From a virus (lineage: Duplodnaviria > Caudoviricetes): 62,919 nucleotides of DNA. Below are positions 18,966 to 29,228 of the stretch, one piece after another (within the stretch, counting starts at the first letter, position 1; every line of letters begins with the position of its first letter). The stretch spans positions 1-62,919 of IMG/VR virus record IMGVR_UViG_2162886008_000001; one strand, given 5' to 3'. Under the pieces are notes generated by a model. It was not told the origin of the DNA. It did not search any database and saw only the letters and a list, made by a program, of their open reading frames with translations. The translations under genes and the position numbers were made by a program.

Positions 18966-19955
18966 ATGCTAAATACAGAAATTTCAAGTTTGATGGAAGA
19001 AAAAGGCAAGGTCTATGGGTGGGCAACAAAAGTTGAAACAAAAAGAACTTTGGATTCTGAAGAAAGAGAAATGTCTGAGGTAATTAGCGCATGGGCACAT
19101 GAAATCGGCACAAAAGGGTCTGACAATAACCATGAGCTTGCTAATTTTATCGTGAAAATTGTACAACCAGAAGTTTATGATGTTCCTGATGAATTACTAG
19201 ACTCCCTATTTGATCGTGGCAATATTGGAGAATTTGATGATTACAAAACTATTGAAACTCCAAAGAATAATCTTGTTGCACATGATGCTGCAAAGGGTGG
19301 TAATGTCGACAAGTCATATATTGACCTTAAAGCTATTGCACCAACATGGAAGCATAAACAAGTCGAAACTGAGATTAGCTATGTGGATCTTCGGAAAAAT
19401 GGTTTTAAAACAGTGGCTAACATGACTGTTTTTGCAAAAGAAGCTCTCCAAAATGCAATGTTCTATGATATCTTCTCTCAAATTGATGCTGCTATTAGTG
19501 GTGGAGAACAATTGATTACAGCAGGTGGAAGTACACCAACCGCTGTTGCAATGGACGCTCTTTCACTTTATTTGATTGATCGAGGTGAAAATCCACTTAC
19601 TGTTTCACTTTCTAAGTATGCCCAGGCAATTGCGAATATGTCCGGAAGAACAACATTTATGAGTGACAGCATGAAGGACGAATATAATCGTTATGGTCTG
19701 GTTAACTTCTATAGTGGTGTTAAGATCGGCACAATTTCAGGTGCTAAGAAAACGGGCGCTGGACAACTTCTCTTACCTGACAAGCGCATCTTTGGTATTG
19801 CTGGTAAGATTGGTAACCTTGATATGCGTGGCGACATTCGAGTCTATGAAACAATGGATAACCAGAACGAAAAAGTACATCTCAAGATCACTGGTTTTGA
19901 ATTTGGTACTGCAATTAGACAAGTAGACAAGATTGCAAAAATCGTACTTGCTTAA
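18966..19955 (+). CDS. Major capsid protein (YonB-like)
   Basis: Size, position, GGAGGAG RBS, hairpin right after the stop. Confidence 0.8.
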   Translation: MLNTEISSLMEEKGKVYGWATKVETKRTLDSEEREMSEVISAWAHEIGTKGSDNNHELANFIVKIVQPEVYDVPDELLDSLFDRGNIGEFDDYKTIETPKNNLVAHDAAKGGNVDKSYIDLKAIAPTWKHKQVETEISYVDLRKNGFKTVANMTVFAKEALQNAMFYDIFSQIDAAISGGEQLITAGGSTPTAVAMDALSLYLIDRGENPLTVSLSKYAQAIANMSGRTTFMSDSMKDEYNRYGLVNFYSGVKIGTISGAKKTGAGQLLLPDKRIFGIAGKIGNLDMRGDIRVYETMDNQNEKVHLKITGFEFGTAIRQVDKIAKIVLA

Positions 19956-19962
19956 TACTTAT

Positions 19963-19980
19963 GGCGAGGTGAAACTCGCC
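19963..19980 (+). terminator. Hairpin after the capsid gene (weak terminator or mRNA stabiliser)
   Basis: GGCGAG-GTGAAA-CTCGCC with a poor U-tract. Confidence 0.5.
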
Positions 19981-20007
19981 TATAATTTATTTAAAGGGAG
20001 ATAGTAA

Positions 20008-20664
20008 ATGAGTATTAATGATAGTTCGCTAATTGACGTTTATAATTATACAAGTGGATTTATTGCTGTTCCAAGTGGGCCAAATAGTAACGAGCCAAGA
20101 GGGTATATGTTTGAGCCGTGTGTAGATGGCAAACCATCTTATCAGCAACTTACATACACAGATGTAAAAATGATTAATGGTCAATCCAATTTATTCAAGG
20201 AAGGATTTCTCAAATTCAGTCCAGAGGATGAAAAAGAAATCTATGGTAAATTAGGTATTCGTGAATGGCATGAGATTATGAGCGATGAAGACATCAGAAA
20301 CATCATTTTAAATCCAAGTAAAGAAGGACTTGAAAAATTCATAAGTGTAAGAAGTCCCTCTTTGTTTGAGCGGATTCGTGGAATGTTTATTCAACTTAAT
20401 AACTCAAGACAATATGATATTTCAATGCGTGTAAGTGAGGTTATTGAAGCACGATATCAAGAGATTTATAATAATCCAACAAAGATATCTGATATTCGAA
20501 TCACGAGAACTGTGGATGAAACGGTTAATAGAGATGAACTAACAAAGGAAATAGAGGCCCAGGTGCGCGCTGAGATTGAGGCAGAGTACAAGAAGAAGCT
20601 TGCAGAGGCAAAAAAAGAATTGAAAAAAGGAAAAGCGATAGAAGAAGCTAATAACGAAGAATAG
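20008..20664 (+). CDS. Conserved phage protein (YonA-like)
   Basis: Position after capsid; FERIRG motif; coiled-coil tail. Confidence 0.65.
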   Translation: MSINDSSLIDVYNYTSGFIAVPSGPNSNEPRGYMFEPCVDGKPSYQQLTYTDVKMINGQSNLFKEGFLKFSPEDEKEIYGKLGIREWHEIMSDEDIRNIILNPSKEGLEKFISVRSPSLFERIRGMFIQLNNSRQYDISMRVSEVIEARYQEIYNNPTKISDIRITRTVDETVNRDELTKEIEAQVRAEIEAEYKKKLAEAKKELKKGKAIEEANNEE

Positions 20665-20676
20665 GATGGTGATACT

Positions 20677-21168
20677 ATGACGACACCATTCACAAGAATC
20701 TATGAGGCATTTTTTAATAAAATTCAAAAAGATGCAGATTTCTTTTGTTACTATAATGTTGCTCCTGATGAAGCTATGTTGATTGCAAAAGAGAGGTCTA
20801 AGGAGCTTCTAAAAGAGGCCATTGCTAGGCTAACAATGAGTTGTGTACCTGATGTTAATTTCAATGATATTGATGAAGAATGTGAACGGATCAACTTCAA
20901 TCTCACTAGAATTGAAGTTGATTTATTGGCTAGTTTAATGAGAGAAAAATACTTTGAAAAGGATTTTGTACTTCTCAAAGCGTTCCAGATCAATTTCTCC
21001 CCGAAAGACCTTCAGTTATTTTCCCCCGCTAATGAAAGAAAAACATTTACAGATATGTATAAAGATCTTGTAGATGAGAATCAGATTTATATATCTAACT
21101 ATGCTTCAAGAGATAGATTAACTGGAAAATATAAAATGATTAACTACTCCATCTACAATCAAGACTAG
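20677..21168 (+). CDS. Putative head-tail adaptor
   Basis: MTTPF..IY..F, FN..LT..E..LLA..M and FSPAN motifs; synteny. Confidence 0.65.
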   Translation: MTTPFTRIYEAFFNKIQKDADFFCYYNVAPDEAMLIAKERSKELLKEAIARLTMSCVPDVNFNDIDEECERINFNLTRIEVDLLASLMREKYFEKDFVLLKAFQINFSPKDLQLFSPANERKTFTDMYKDLVDENQIYISNYASRDRLTGKYKMINYSIYNQD

Positions 21169-22383
21169 GTGAAAAAGATGGACCTAAATTATTATCAAAA
21201 AATAAATAATGTATTTGGAATTCATAATAAGAAGGATGCTGAAATAAATAGGCAAAAAATACAATTTCAAAAGGGATTTGAAGCGAGTCCGCTTTGTGAA
21301 GATGTATTAATCGATGGAATAGAGAGAAAATTAATAATTGTCTCATCAAACAAGGACGAAGATAGGCGTGTTAATGCAAAGCCCAATGAACCCTTGTTAC
21401 AGGGGAGTATAGTTGAGTGGAAAAATAACAATTGGTTAATTTATTATGTAGAGGATATTTCCGGGGTTTATTTAAGGGGGAAAATGCGAGAGTGTATTGG
21501 TTCTCTTAAATGGATTGATGATTCTGGAGATATGAACATGCGTTATTTTACCTTGAAATCAGACTCAGCTACTAATTCCGGTTATCAAGAAGGGCGTATA
21601 ATAACCTTGGGTAATGAGCGCAGAACATTGCTCGTAAGTTGTGATGATGGGGATCGATTATTTAAAAAAGATCAGCGATTTATCATTGATTCAAGAGCGT
21701 GGAAAATTACTGCGATTGATAATATTTCAATTACGAATATTTCAATTCTAGCTCTTGAAGAGGATTTACTTAATTCGGCTACTGATAATTTAGAACTAGA
21801 AATAGCTGATTATTATAACAATATTCCGAGGTATAGCATACAAATTTTGAATGGTCCATTTGCAACTATTAGAGAAGATCAGAGACTGCACCTAAATGTT
21901 CTTGTTACGAATAATAATTCCCCAATATCATCACTGCCTGTCATTTATACATCAAGCGATGAAACAATTGCAGAAGTAACTCCCCAAGGGATGATTATAC
22001 CGAAATCACTTGGATCTGTGACTGTTAAAGCGGAATGTAAAAATGTCATTGCCGAAATTGGAGTTAGCATCACCGAAACAACAGCATATTCCTACACATG
22101 CGAAATCATTGGAAGCAATGAGATCAAAGTTGGCAGGAGTCAATCATACTTAGCCAAATTCTACCGCAACGGCATCGAATATCCTGATGAAAGTAAGTTT
22201 TCATTAACTGCTGATGACAGCACTTCTGAAACCACTTTGGCAGAAATCACAACTCAAGATCATATTAACCATTCTTGTTCAATTAAAGTAGGAAATAAAA
22301 CGGGTTCCTTCTTCCTACATGTTAGAAATCAAAACGAACTTTCAGAATCAAAAATAAAAATAAATATAAAACCATTATTTTAG
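21169..22383 (+). CDS. Putative head-closure protein with Ig-like (Big_2) domain
   Basis: G.IVEW.NNNWLI and RFIID.RAWKI; Ig motif YTSSDETIAEV...G.I.....G.VTV.A. Confidence 0.65.
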   Translation: MKKMDLNYYQKINNVFGIHNKKDAEINRQKIQFQKGFEASPLCEDVLIDGIERKLIIVSSNKDEDRRVNAKPNEPLLQGSIVEWKNNNWLIYYVEDISGVYLRGKMRECIGSLKWIDDSGDMNMRYFTLKSDSATNSGYQEGRIITLGNERRTLLVSCDDGDRLFKKDQRFIIDSRAWKITAIDNISITNISILALEEDLLNSATDNLELEIADYYNNIPRYSIQILNGPFATIREDQRLHLNVLVTNNNSPISSLPVIYTSSDETIAEVTPQGMIIPKSLGSVTVKAECKNVIAEIGVSITETTAYSYTCEIIGSNEIKVGRSQSYLAKFYRNGIEYPDESKFSLTADDSTSETTLAEITTQDHINHSCSIKVGNKTGSFFLHVRNQNELSESKIKINIKPLF

Positions 22384-22394
22384 GAGTGTGAAAT

Positions 22395-22907
22395 ATGAGT
22401 CAAGCAATCGTTCGCTTCGGTGAACTTAAAATTGAATCATTCGTACAAGGTGTTAATAATAATTGGCTAGTTTATAGCCCCCTCCCCTATTCTAAACAGC
22501 ATTCTAGCGCTCTAGATGGAGATATTATTATTGGTGCTACACCAACCGTAGAAATCATTGACGCTGACCTTGATGTTGCTATTGATCCTCAGTATGCTTA
22601 TGCCTATAGCATCGCGACTGATAATAAACTGAAGGTTGTATTTGATAAAACAAAACACCCAGATAAAGGAAGCGCTCTTGAAGCCCTTAAATGTATCAGT
22701 GTGACTTATGAACTTGGTCATCTTACACCAAACGGTGGACTGTATATTGCGATTTTCCGTAATTCCCTGGGTGAAGAAATTCATCGTACAAACCCTATGT
22801 CGCTAGCACAGGTCACAACTGTAATTTCTACATTCAATGATACTCGTCAAATCGATACAGGTGGTTATTTAAGATGCGAGGTAATTCCTGATTTTGTAGT
22901 AAGTTGA
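22395..22907 (+). CDS. Hypothetical structural protein
   Basis: 170-aa co-oriented ORF with RBS. Confidence 0.7.
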   Translation: MSQAIVRFGELKIESFVQGVNNNWLVYSPLPYSKQHSSALDGDIIIGATPTVEIIDADLDVAIDPQYAYAYSIATDNKLKVVFDKTKHPDKGSALEALKCISVTYELGHLTPNGGLYIAIFRNSLGEEIHRTNPMSLAQVTTVISTFNDTRQIDTGGYLRCEVIPDFVVS

Positions 22908-22912
22908 GGTGA

Positions 22913-23392
22913 ATGCGATTGTCATTTCTCAAGGAGATAACGGATTACAAAAAAACAATCATTGATCGTTTTCTTAATGATCAAGATTTATGCAAGGCGT
23001 TGCATTATCCGAACGAGAATTTTCTTGAGCAGTCAGATATCGAAGATACGTCCATCGTGGTATATGAAAACATATTTCCTCACAGATTTATACCTAATTT
23101 TTCCGATGAATCTAAAACATTCATTACTCTGTCTTGTACAGACTATAAGCCATCTGGAAACAGTTTTAAGAATGGATTACTAGGGGTATATATGTTTACA
23201 TCTCTTGATTTGTTTAAAACTGAATATGGATATACTCGTATGGATTATATATTGAGCAAAGTTGAGGAATTGATGAACACTAAAGATGGAATAGGTATTG
23301 GTAAGCTTAACTTTAATTCAATGAATGAATACATAGTCAATGAGAAATTTCAAGGATATGCCTTAACATATCGTCCAGTGGATTTTAACTGA
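22913..23392 (+). CDS. Putative tail terminator/completion protein
   Basis: IFP..FIP, R.DYI...VEEL.N and GIGKL motifs; synteny. Confidence 0.6.
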   Translation: MRLSFLKEITDYKKTIIDRFLNDQDLCKALHYPNENFLEQSDIEDTSIVVYENIFPHRFIPNFSDESKTFITLSCTDYKPSGNSFKNGLLGVYMFTSLDLFKTEYGYTRMDYILSKVEELMNTKDGIGIGKLNFNSMNEYIVNEKFQGYALTYRPVDFN

Positions 23393-24105
23393 TGGCTGAA
23401 ATTAATGAAGATATTGAATTAAAGCTTCTACATGGTCTTCCGATCAGTTTTGAAGGTTTGAATATATCATCTCCTAGTATCATCGATATTGTTGACTCTG
23501 GCTATTCATCATACAATAGAGCGCTTTCCAGTCTTCTTTTCGATAAAGATAAAATCGCACAGTTAAGATCAATGAAACAATCTAACTTGGATTTTATTAT
23601 ATATTTTTTTGAGAAGGATGAAGAATTTCGGGACTCGTTTTTACTAGGGACAAAGTTGATTTTTAATGAATCGGCTTTTGTCGAAATGTCTAATGATGCT
23701 CCATTGTTTTTTATTGGGAAGAAGCAAATAACAGATCAGATATTAGATCCAATTCAACGATTAATTAAATTTGCAAATAAAGTAGCAGACAAGAATGGGG
23801 AAGAGGAATTCAATCCTGCTAACTCAAAGGCAGAAGAGTTTATAAAGAAAATTATGGGTGAAAGAGCTAAGAAGCCACAAAAAAAACCTGTGAACAATCT
23901 TCACTCTCTTGTTTCTGCACTCGCTTGGAAACACGATTTATCAGTCTTAAACGGCAAACTTACAATCTATCAGTTTTATGACGGATACTTTAGATTGGAG
24001 AATATCGATCATTACAACAATATAATGACGGGTATATTCTCTGGCAATATTGATTCAAAAAAAATGAAAATAAACGAAAATAGCTGGACTAAAATATTAC
24101 CGTAA
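23392..24105 (+). CDS. Conserved tail-module protein
   Basis: EFNPANSKA and LTIYQFYD...RL motifs; before the tail tube gene. Confidence 0.65.
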   Translation: MAEINEDIELKLLHGLPISFEGLNISSPSIIDIVDSGYSSYNRALSSLLFDKDKIAQLRSMKQSNLDFIIYFFEKDEEFRDSFLLGTKLIFNESAFVEMSNDAPLFFIGKKQITDQILDPIQRLIKFANKVADKNGEEEFNPANSKAEEFIKKIMGERAKKPQKKPVNNLHSLVSALAWKHDLSVLNGKLTIYQFYDGYFRLENIDHYNNIMTGIFSGNIDSKKMKINENSWTKILP

Positions 24106-24120
24106 TGGAGGACAATAATA

Positions 24121-24915
24121 ATGGCAGTAACAAATCGGTGGGCAATTCGTGATGTTGCAACAGCATCATTTTTTGACCAAGTAACAAAGAAACTCAAAGC
24201 GCGACTAGACAGTTTGAAGCAATCTGGACTAGAAAATTCAGCAGATACAGTATATGCACAGGGTGGCTCAGGAAACCCCAAGCTCGTAGGATTTTCTGGT
24301 AATAAAGCAGCGAAATTCACTCTTCAAGACGCTCTATTCACCAATGACTTTATCGCTATGCTTCTAGGAACAGAAGTTGTGACAGCGGCAACACCAATTA
24401 TCACGAATGATATTCTGACTGTTAATAGTGGAAGTGCAACTCTTGAGAACACACCGTCTTCTACTGGGGCACTTATCAGCGTAAGCAAGTATCTTCCAGA
24501 TGGAACGATTGGAACTAACTTAGACTATAGCTCTACTACTGCATCGGCTGGAAAGTATAGTGTAACAGGAAAAACGGTAACTTTTGCTTCTGGAGAAATT
24601 ACAGATGGAGAAAAAGTTATCGTTTATTATAAAACAACAGCAGGCTCAGACACTAAGCAAATTAAGGCGCTGACCGATAAGTTCGCTGGAAGCTACGAAC
24701 TGGTACTAGATGTTCTAGTGCGTGATGTTCTTACCAAAAAAGACTATGCTGCACAGATCACTATTCCATCTGCAAAGATTGAGGATAACTGGAAGATGGA
24801 TATGGCATCTACCGGAGATCCAAGCGTACAAGATATCACTATGGAAGCTCTTGCTGTTCCAGGTTCAAAAGACCTTTATACGATGTATATCTATGATGAA
24901 GAAGATTTTGCTTAA
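24121..24915 (+). CDS. Major tail tube protein
   Basis: WAIRDVA, YAQGG.GNPKL motifs; T/S/G-rich; strong RBS; downstream terminator. Confidence 0.75.
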   Translation: MAVTNRWAIRDVATASFFDQVTKKLKARLDSLKQSGLENSADTVYAQGGSGNPKLVGFSGNKAAKFTLQDALFTNDFIAMLLGTEVVTAATPIITNDILTVNSGSATLENTPSSTGALISVSKYLPDGTIGTNLDYSSTTASAGKYSVTGKTVTFASGEITDGEKVIVYYKTTAGSDTKQIKALTDKFAGSYELVLDVLVRDVLTKKDYAAQITIPSAKIEDNWKMDMASTGDPSVQDITMEALAVPGSKDLYTMYIYDEEDFA

Positions 24916-24926
24916 GACTGGCATAT

Positions 24927-24964
24927 ATGCGGTTGGGTACTAATATGCCTAACCGCATTTTTTT
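24927..24964 (+). terminator. Intrinsic terminator
   Basis: ATGCGGTTGGG..CCTAACCGCAT followed by a T-run. Confidence 0.75.
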
Positions 24965-24989
24965 ACTTTAATAATGGGGAGTAATAATA

Positions 24990-25718
24990 ATGGAACTACC
25001 TACAATCACAATTGCAGCCCCTATCCGAAATAGGGATTATATTCTGAATCAGTATCTAGACCATATTTATAAAATCAGATACCCAAAGCATAAAATTGAA
25101 CTTCTATTTGTTGTTAACGATTCAATCGATCATAGTGAAGAAATTTTACGGGCATTTAGAAACAAATATAAGAATAAATATAAAAGAATAACAATCGATA
25201 CATACAACAGAAATGCGCCTGTTGATACACGCAGTACAGATACAAGAGATAAACACATATACAATCATTTAAGTGTATTAAAAAATTACATTATGTTTAA
25301 GGCTAAAACAGAGAAGTTGATGTTTATAGATTCAGACATTCTTGTTCCTCATAGTGTAATAAATAATCTACTTAAATCCGAAAAAGATATCATTTCGGGT
25401 CTAATCTATAATGGATATCTGGTTGATCCAAAACGACCATATAAATATCCGAACGTAATGAAGATGTCTGAACATAATCATTACAAACATATTTTTAATC
25501 AACATATCAAGCATGCTCCACAACTTAAGGTCCAGCACTTGATTGAAGTCGATCTTACTGGTGCAGTATGGATGATTGATAAAAAAGTATATAAAGAAAT
25601 TAAATTTGGGTATCACCCTCAGGGGGAGGATGCCCATTTTTGTGCAATGGCACAGCAACGAGGGCATAAAATCTGGTGCGATGTGGGAACATTTTGCACT
25701 CATGTAATGGAAAAATAA
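24990..25718 (+). CDS. GT-A fold glycosyltransferase (GT2-like)
   Basis: IAAPIRNR, VVNDSID, FIDSDI (DxD), TGAVWMI, GEDAHFC. Confidence 0.88.
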   Translation: MELPTITIAAPIRNRDYILNQYLDHIYKIRYPKHKIELLFVVNDSIDHSEEILRAFRNKYKNKYKRITIDTYNRNAPVDTRSTDTRDKHIYNHLSVLKNYIMFKAKTEKLMFIDSDILVPHSVINNLLKSEKDIISGLIYNGYLVDPKRPYKYPNVMKMSEHNHYKHIFNQHIKHAPQLKVQHLIEVDLTGAVWMIDKKVYKEIKFGYHPQGEDAHFCAMAQQRGHKIWCDVGTFCTHVMEK

Positions 25719-25736
25719 AAACTCTAGGAGTTAACC

Positions 25737-26738
25737 ATGAAACAAAAAACCATATTATATCCATGTACACTTGACTACTCTTTTCTGTTTCAACGTCCAC
25801 AACAAATTATGAGACAGTTTGCAAGAAACGGGTATAGGGTGATCTTCTGCAATAATACTCAGACAAATGAACCACCAGAAGAGGTTGAACCAAATCTCTT
25901 TATATATCATAACTGGCAAGATGTAATTAACAAGATTAAATATAAACAATTAAAAATCGACATTTATTATTATACCTGGGCAAAATCAGCACAGTTTATT
26001 GATGATATAAAAGCCAAATTGAATATCTATGACAGTGTGGATAGCTTTCCATCATGGTATGAATATGAGGATAACGCAGTTAGTAGTGCCAATATTGTAC
26101 TAACATCTAGCCAATTTCTATATGAACTTAGAAGTAAGAATCACAATAAAGTGCACCTTGTAAGGAATGCGTGTCCAGAATCATACATCAACAAAAGATC
26201 AAATAGGCCAGAAGAATATAAGTGCATTGATAAACCTATTATTTTATTTTCTGGGGCAATTGGATCTTGGGTATCTACGCACTTGATTAAAAAGGTTGCT
26301 GACAAATATGCAGTCGTCTTAGTTGGAAAAGAATTTGGGAAAAGTTGTCCTTCCAACGTCATTAACCTAGGGACGCGGAATCATGATGAACTTTACAATT
26401 ATTATGCTCATGCAGATGTATGCCTCTTACCATTTGATACCACTCAAGAGGTTACTCAGGCTGCTTGTGCCATAAAACTCTTTGAACATATGGCTGCTGG
26501 AAAAATAACCGTTGCAACAGATTGGGCCGAAACTAATATTTATCCTGATTCAGTGTTTACAGCAAAAACCGATGAGGAATTTCTAGAACAAGTTGACCGA
26601 GCAGTTGAATTGTCAAAGGTAGACTATTACAAAAATAAATCGCTAGAGTATGCGAAGCAAAACACTTGGGAGCAGAGGTTCAATGACATTGCTGAAATCA
26701 TTGAAAACTATTATTCCAAGGAAGGTGTTTCTTCTTGA
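25737..26738 (+). CDS. GT-B glycosyltransferase (GT4/TuaH-like)
   Basis: FQRPQQI, IYDSVD, VRNAC, DVCLLPF, IKLFEHMAAGK, NTWEQR. Confidence 0.88.
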   Translation: MKQKTILYPCTLDYSFLFQRPQQIMRQFARNGYRVIFCNNTQTNEPPEEVEPNLFIYHNWQDVINKIKYKQLKIDIYYYTWAKSAQFIDDIKAKLNIYDSVDSFPSWYEYEDNAVSSANIVLTSSQFLYELRSKNHNKVHLVRNACPESYINKRSNRPEEYKCIDKPIILFSGAIGSWVSTHLIKKVADKYAVVLVGKEFGKSCPSNVINLGTRNHDELYNYYAHADVCLLPFDTTQEVTQAACAIKLFEHMAAGKITVATDWAETNIYPDSVFTAKTDEEFLEQVDRAVELSKVDYYKNKSLEYAKQNTWEQRFNDIAEIIENYYSKEGVSS

Positions 26739-27706
26739 GTAAGAAAATAAAAGTATTATTTACTAATTCAAGTTCTCTCATTAAGTATGGGTTGGCTGCT
26801 GGATTTATTAATCTTGGGCATGAAGTATATATTATGGACAGAGAAAACAGATTGTGGGATAAGACCAAGGGAAAACAGGTAGAACTATTTGAGTGTGTAC
26901 TCAATGAATTCAAACCTGATCTTTGTTTTAGTGAATGTTTTGCCAATTTTGCCGAAGGTTTATTTGAAATTACTAAAGATAAGGGAATTCCTCATTTCCT
27001 ATGGAGTATTGAGGATACTCCTCATGACCATTGGATCGGTGACTACTGGTCTGACTATGCAGATTATGTATTCACGACCACAGCAGAATGTCTCCCTAAC
27101 TATTGGAACAAAAGCAAACAGGCAGAGTTGATGTTGTTTGGATGCAACCCATCTTTTCATAATAAAGTGAAAACCAAAATCACAAAAGACATTGTATTAG
27201 TAGCCAACAACTATGAGCGAAGATTTAAACAAACAAAAGATTTTGTTCTTCCTCTAATTCAAAGTGGCTACAATATTGAGATTTATGGAAACGAATGGTG
27301 GATAGATCCAGAGAAAGAAATCAATTTATGTAACTCACAAGTATATAAAGGATATATGGCATATGAAAACCTCCCCTACCTCTACTCCGATTCTAAAATA
27401 GCACTAGGACAAAACTTGGATGGAAGCTCAGTTACCCAATCTTCTATGCGTATGGTTGAAGTGATGGGTATTGGAGGAGCGTTGCTTGTGTCTCCATATA
27501 CAAAAGCACAGGAGTTTTTGTTTAATGATCACATTTATCTTCCTAAGACAACACAAGAAATGATTGATATGGTTGATGAGATTCTTTTAATGACAGACAA
27601 TCAAAGACAAGCTAAAGCAAAAAAAGCTCAGAACTATGTATATAAATATCACAATTATGATATTAGGGCTAGACAAATTATCGATGCTTATTTGGGTTTG
27701 AAATAA
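26735..27706 (+). CDS. CgeB-family GT-B glycosyltransferase
   Basis: WSIEDTP, DYVFTT, FGCNP.FH, IYGNEW, MRMVEVMG, HNY..RA. Confidence 0.82.
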   Translation: MSKKIKVLFTNSSSLIKYGLAAGFINLGHEVYIMDRENRLWDKTKGKQVELFECVLNEFKPDLCFSECFANFAEGLFEITKDKGIPHFLWSIEDTPHDHWIGDYWSDYADYVFTTTAECLPNYWNKSKQAELMLFGCNPSFHNKVKTKITKDIVLVANNYERRFKQTKDFVLPLIQSGYNIEIYGNEWWIDPEKEINLCNSQVYKGYMAYENLPYLYSDSKIALGQNLDGSSVTQSSMRMVEVMGIGGALLVSPYTKAQEFLFNDHIYLPKTTQEMIDMVDEILLMTDNQRQAKAKKAQNYVYKYHNYDIRARQIIDAYLGLK

Positions 27707-27725
27707 TTTATAAGGAGTGATTTTA

Positions 27726-28247
27726 TTGACAAAAAAACTTACAACTGCTGAGCTTAACAAGCTATCTTTAAAATTTAATGAACGGAAAAAGGTAAGCATC
27801 TGCAATGATGAGTACGAAGTGACTATCCACACGAACTTCCGTGAAACTAAAATTGATAGTGTGGTTATGGAGTATTTATCATACATTCAAAACCTGAAAT
27901 CTGTTCAAGAGCTTGATTATAATCTTATCAAGGACACATTCTCCCTTCTCTTTACCCTTGTTCTTAGAGAATTTACTGACCTTCCTATTCCAAAGAGCAA
28001 AGAGATTAAGAACATCTCTAATCTCATCAAAGTAACACACAACCTCATGGATTTGGGTATCTTTCATGAAACATTGAATCATATTCCTGAAGACCAGATT
28101 GCTAAGGTCAAAGACCGTCTTGATGCAATTGGAAATGAGAGTGGGAAGGCAATGGGGGAACTAGCTGTAAAGATGGCTGTAAACGAGGAAAGAGATGCTG
28201 AGTCTGGTTTAGGTGATACAGATGCCACAATTCAAGAATCTGAATGA
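27726..28247 (+). CDS. Putative tail assembly chaperone
   Basis: Between tail tube and tape measure; LREFTDL motif; AAGGAGTGA RBS. Confidence 0.55.
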   Translation: MTKKLTTAELNKLSLKFNERKKVSICNDEYEVTIHTNFRETKIDSVVMEYLSYIQNLKSVQELDYNLIKDTFSLLFTLVLREFTDLPIPKSKEIKNISNLIKVTHNLMDLGIFHETLNHIPEDQIAKVKDRLDAIGNESGKAMGELAVKMAVNEERDAESGLGDTDATIQESE

Positions 28248-28650
28248 ATTAGAAAAATATCTAAACCAAAAGATATCATCTGCTCTTCAAAAAGAAGTAT
28301 TTGAAACCGTCAGAGAAACAATGAAAGATGAAATCAAAAAAGTGGTTTACGATGCTTATTCTCCCAAAAAGTACAAACGTCAAACAACACGCGGTCTTCA
28401 AAATGACGGAAATATTAAAGTCACTCCCATTGGAGATAATACAATCGAAGTTGAAAATACTAGATCGGATGACGGTAAGAATGTAGCTGAGACGGTAATT
28501 ACAGGTCATGGATATGACTATGGATTTGAGTTTGCTGGCGTACCTCGTGATTTTATCAAGGCAACAGCGGATGAATTGAAGCGAACTGAAGCTCATACTA
28601 CAGCACTAATCGCTGGGTTGAAGGAGAGAGGCGTTATTGTGAGTAAGTGA
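28222..28650 (+). CDS. HK97 gp10-like neck/tail protein
   Basis: VY..YSP..Y.R and PR.FI..T..EL motifs. Confidence 0.6.
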   Translation: MPQFKNLNELEKYLNQKISSALQKEVFETVRETMKDEIKKVVYDAYSPKKYKRQTTRGLQNDGNIKVTPIGDNTIEVENTRSDDGKNVAETVITGHGYDYGFEFAGVPRDFIKATADELKRTEAHTTALIAGLKERGVIVSK

Positions 28651-28686
28651 GAGAGTGGTTGGATTTAATAATGAAAAGGAGAAAAA

Positions 28687-29103
28687 ATGAAAATAAAAAA
28701 ATATGAACTTGAACCTTGTATTACATTACTTCACTCTCTGAAACTGGATCGTCAAGATAGCCGGATGAGAACACGTTTTAAAAGGATTCTCCTTGAGAAG
28801 TATCAAGACTTTGCTGAAGAACTTGAGGAAATTAATACTGCCTATGCAATTAAGGATGATCAAGGACAGATTCTTATCACTGATAGTAAGATGACATTTG
28901 AGAACAATGATAAACGGCTTAAAGAAATCTATGATTTAAGTTCCGAATTTATTGTCATTGAAGAAAATGAAGAAAATAAAAAAATGCTGCTCTCAGTTAA
29001 GGATTCGGTTTTAAATCGAGGTCCAGAAACACTAGAAGGCAATGACGCAGATATTTACGATGCAATATGTGAAATTGTAGAGCAAATCAAATATGTGTCT
29101 TAA
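28687..29103 (+). CDS. Hypothetical phage protein
   Basis: SRMRTRF motif; AAAGGAG RBS. Confidence 0.7.
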   Translation: MKIKKYELEPCITLLHSLKLDRQDSRMRTRFKRILLEKYQDFAEELEEINTAYAIKDDQGQILITDSKMTFENNDKRLKEIYDLSSEFIVIEENEENKKMLLSVKDSVLNRGPETLEGNDADIYDAICEIVEQIKYVS

Positions 29104-29173
29104 TATTTGAGGTTAAATAGTCAACATCTAATTTAAGGTGTTGATTATTTTAATAATAAATTATGAACACAGT

Positions 29174-29210
29174 AAGAAGCGACTAATTAAGGTTCGCTTC
29201 TTTTTATTTT
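29174..29210 (+). terminator. Intrinsic terminator upstream of the tape measure gene
   Basis: AAGAAGCGA..TCGCTTCTT followed by a T-run. Confidence 0.65.
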
Positions 29211-29228
29211 AAAAGGAGTGAATTTTAA

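Noticed and set aside
24990-27706. Gtr-type serotype conversion cassette
   Set aside because: No flippase, polytopic membrane transferase or TM segments
27726-28650. Programmed -1 frameshift of tail assembly chaperones
   Set aside because: No clear slippery heptamer near the end of the first ORF, and the next gene has its own AGGTGA RBS
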